A DNA stretch of 64,000 bases, taken from Methanomassiliicoccales archaeon. Its GTDB lineage: Archaea; Thermoplasmatota; Thermoplasmata; Methanomassiliicoccales; UBA472. Shown here piece by piece: positions 63,635 to 64,000 of this stretch. Location of the stretch: the NCBI GenBank assembly GCA_026394375.1, contig JAPKYJ010000024.1, positions 35,259 through 99,258 on the forward strand, given 5' to 3'. The notes below the pieces were generated by a model. That model saw only the letters and a list, made by a program, of their open reading frames with translations. It was not told the origin of the DNA and searched no databases. Position numbers and translations under genes: made by a program. How positions within the stretch are numbered: the first letter of the stretch is position 1; every line of letters begins with the position of its first letter.

Positions 63635-64000
63635 TTATCTGCCAAGTGCCTGGTGCGCACTGGCCAGCTGACCGGTGGCTTGAGCGGCAAGCGTGGAAAG
63701 CTCGCCTGCCAGGACCACGGCGGCCACGATCTCCGCGAATTTCTTCGCTTTGCCGGTTCCCAGGCAATTCATGATGGAGAGCGCTTCGCTCTGGCATGGC
63801 AGCTTCGTTCCTCCTCCCACCGTTCCCACTTCTAGGGAGGGAAGCCGGACCGAGATGTACAGGTCGCCGTCCACGACCTCGGCGCTGGTCAAGCCCATGC
63901 TCCCTTCGACCACCTGGGCCGGATCTTGCCCGGTGGCGATGTATACTGCCGCCAGCATGTTCGCCACGTGAGCGTTGAAGCCGTAGGCGAGGGACATGGC
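63635..64000 (-). CDS. hmgA: HMG-CoA reductase, C-terminal fragment (5' end outside window)
   Basis: The frame is open to the window edge. Contains ...[22 protein letters not shown]...[10 protein letters not shown]...HQALGR, typical of the class I HMGR C-terminus. Confidence 0.85.
   Translation of the reverse strand, partial: AMSLAYGFNAHVANMLAAVYIATGQDPAQVVEGSMGLTSAEVVDGDLYISVRLPSLEVGTVGGGTKLPCQSEALSIMNCLGTGKAKKFAEIVAAVVLAGELSTLAAQATGQLASAHQALGR

Overview
High-GC archaeal chromosome segment. The gene content (eS19, eL39, eL31, aIF6, archaeal LeuRS and PheT, SRP54, HMG-CoA reductase, TrmY, MptE, FprA, FTR-like reductase) suggests a Thermoplasmata or Methanomassiliicoccales-like euryarchaeon; this lineage call is inference only. 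Most of the window is dense housekeeping sequence: POR/IOR oxidoreductases, leuS, an MMPL transporter, a ribosomal-protein cluster, a 5-gene peptide ABC operon, nrdD, an SRP RNA, hisD, tdh-kbl, purB, srp54, pheT and hmgA. The one clearly accessory stretch is about 45.4-51.5 kb. There, three direct copies of the 3' end of a tRNA-Ala(CGC) gene delimit two tandem modules. One module carries an ABC-2 exporter and a GYD protein. The other carries a frameshifted IS91/RCR-like HUH gene, a hairpin, iterons, short repeat arrays and a truncated DDE transposase. No integrase is visible. Other items worth a second look are listed here. (1) A circularly permuted family-5 substrate-binding protein. (2) A double-RHH gene followed by an FtsZ homologue that lacks the C-terminal domain. 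(3) A protein made of 11 tandem zinc ribbons. (4) Two tandem paralogous 8-Cys miniproteins. (5) A GvpD/KaiC-like ATPase followed by two paralogous wHTH genes. (6) OppD and OppF with large insertions. (7) A promoter-to-T7 hairpin that may be a small RNA. All calls rest on reading the sequence and the ORF translations. No database search was run.
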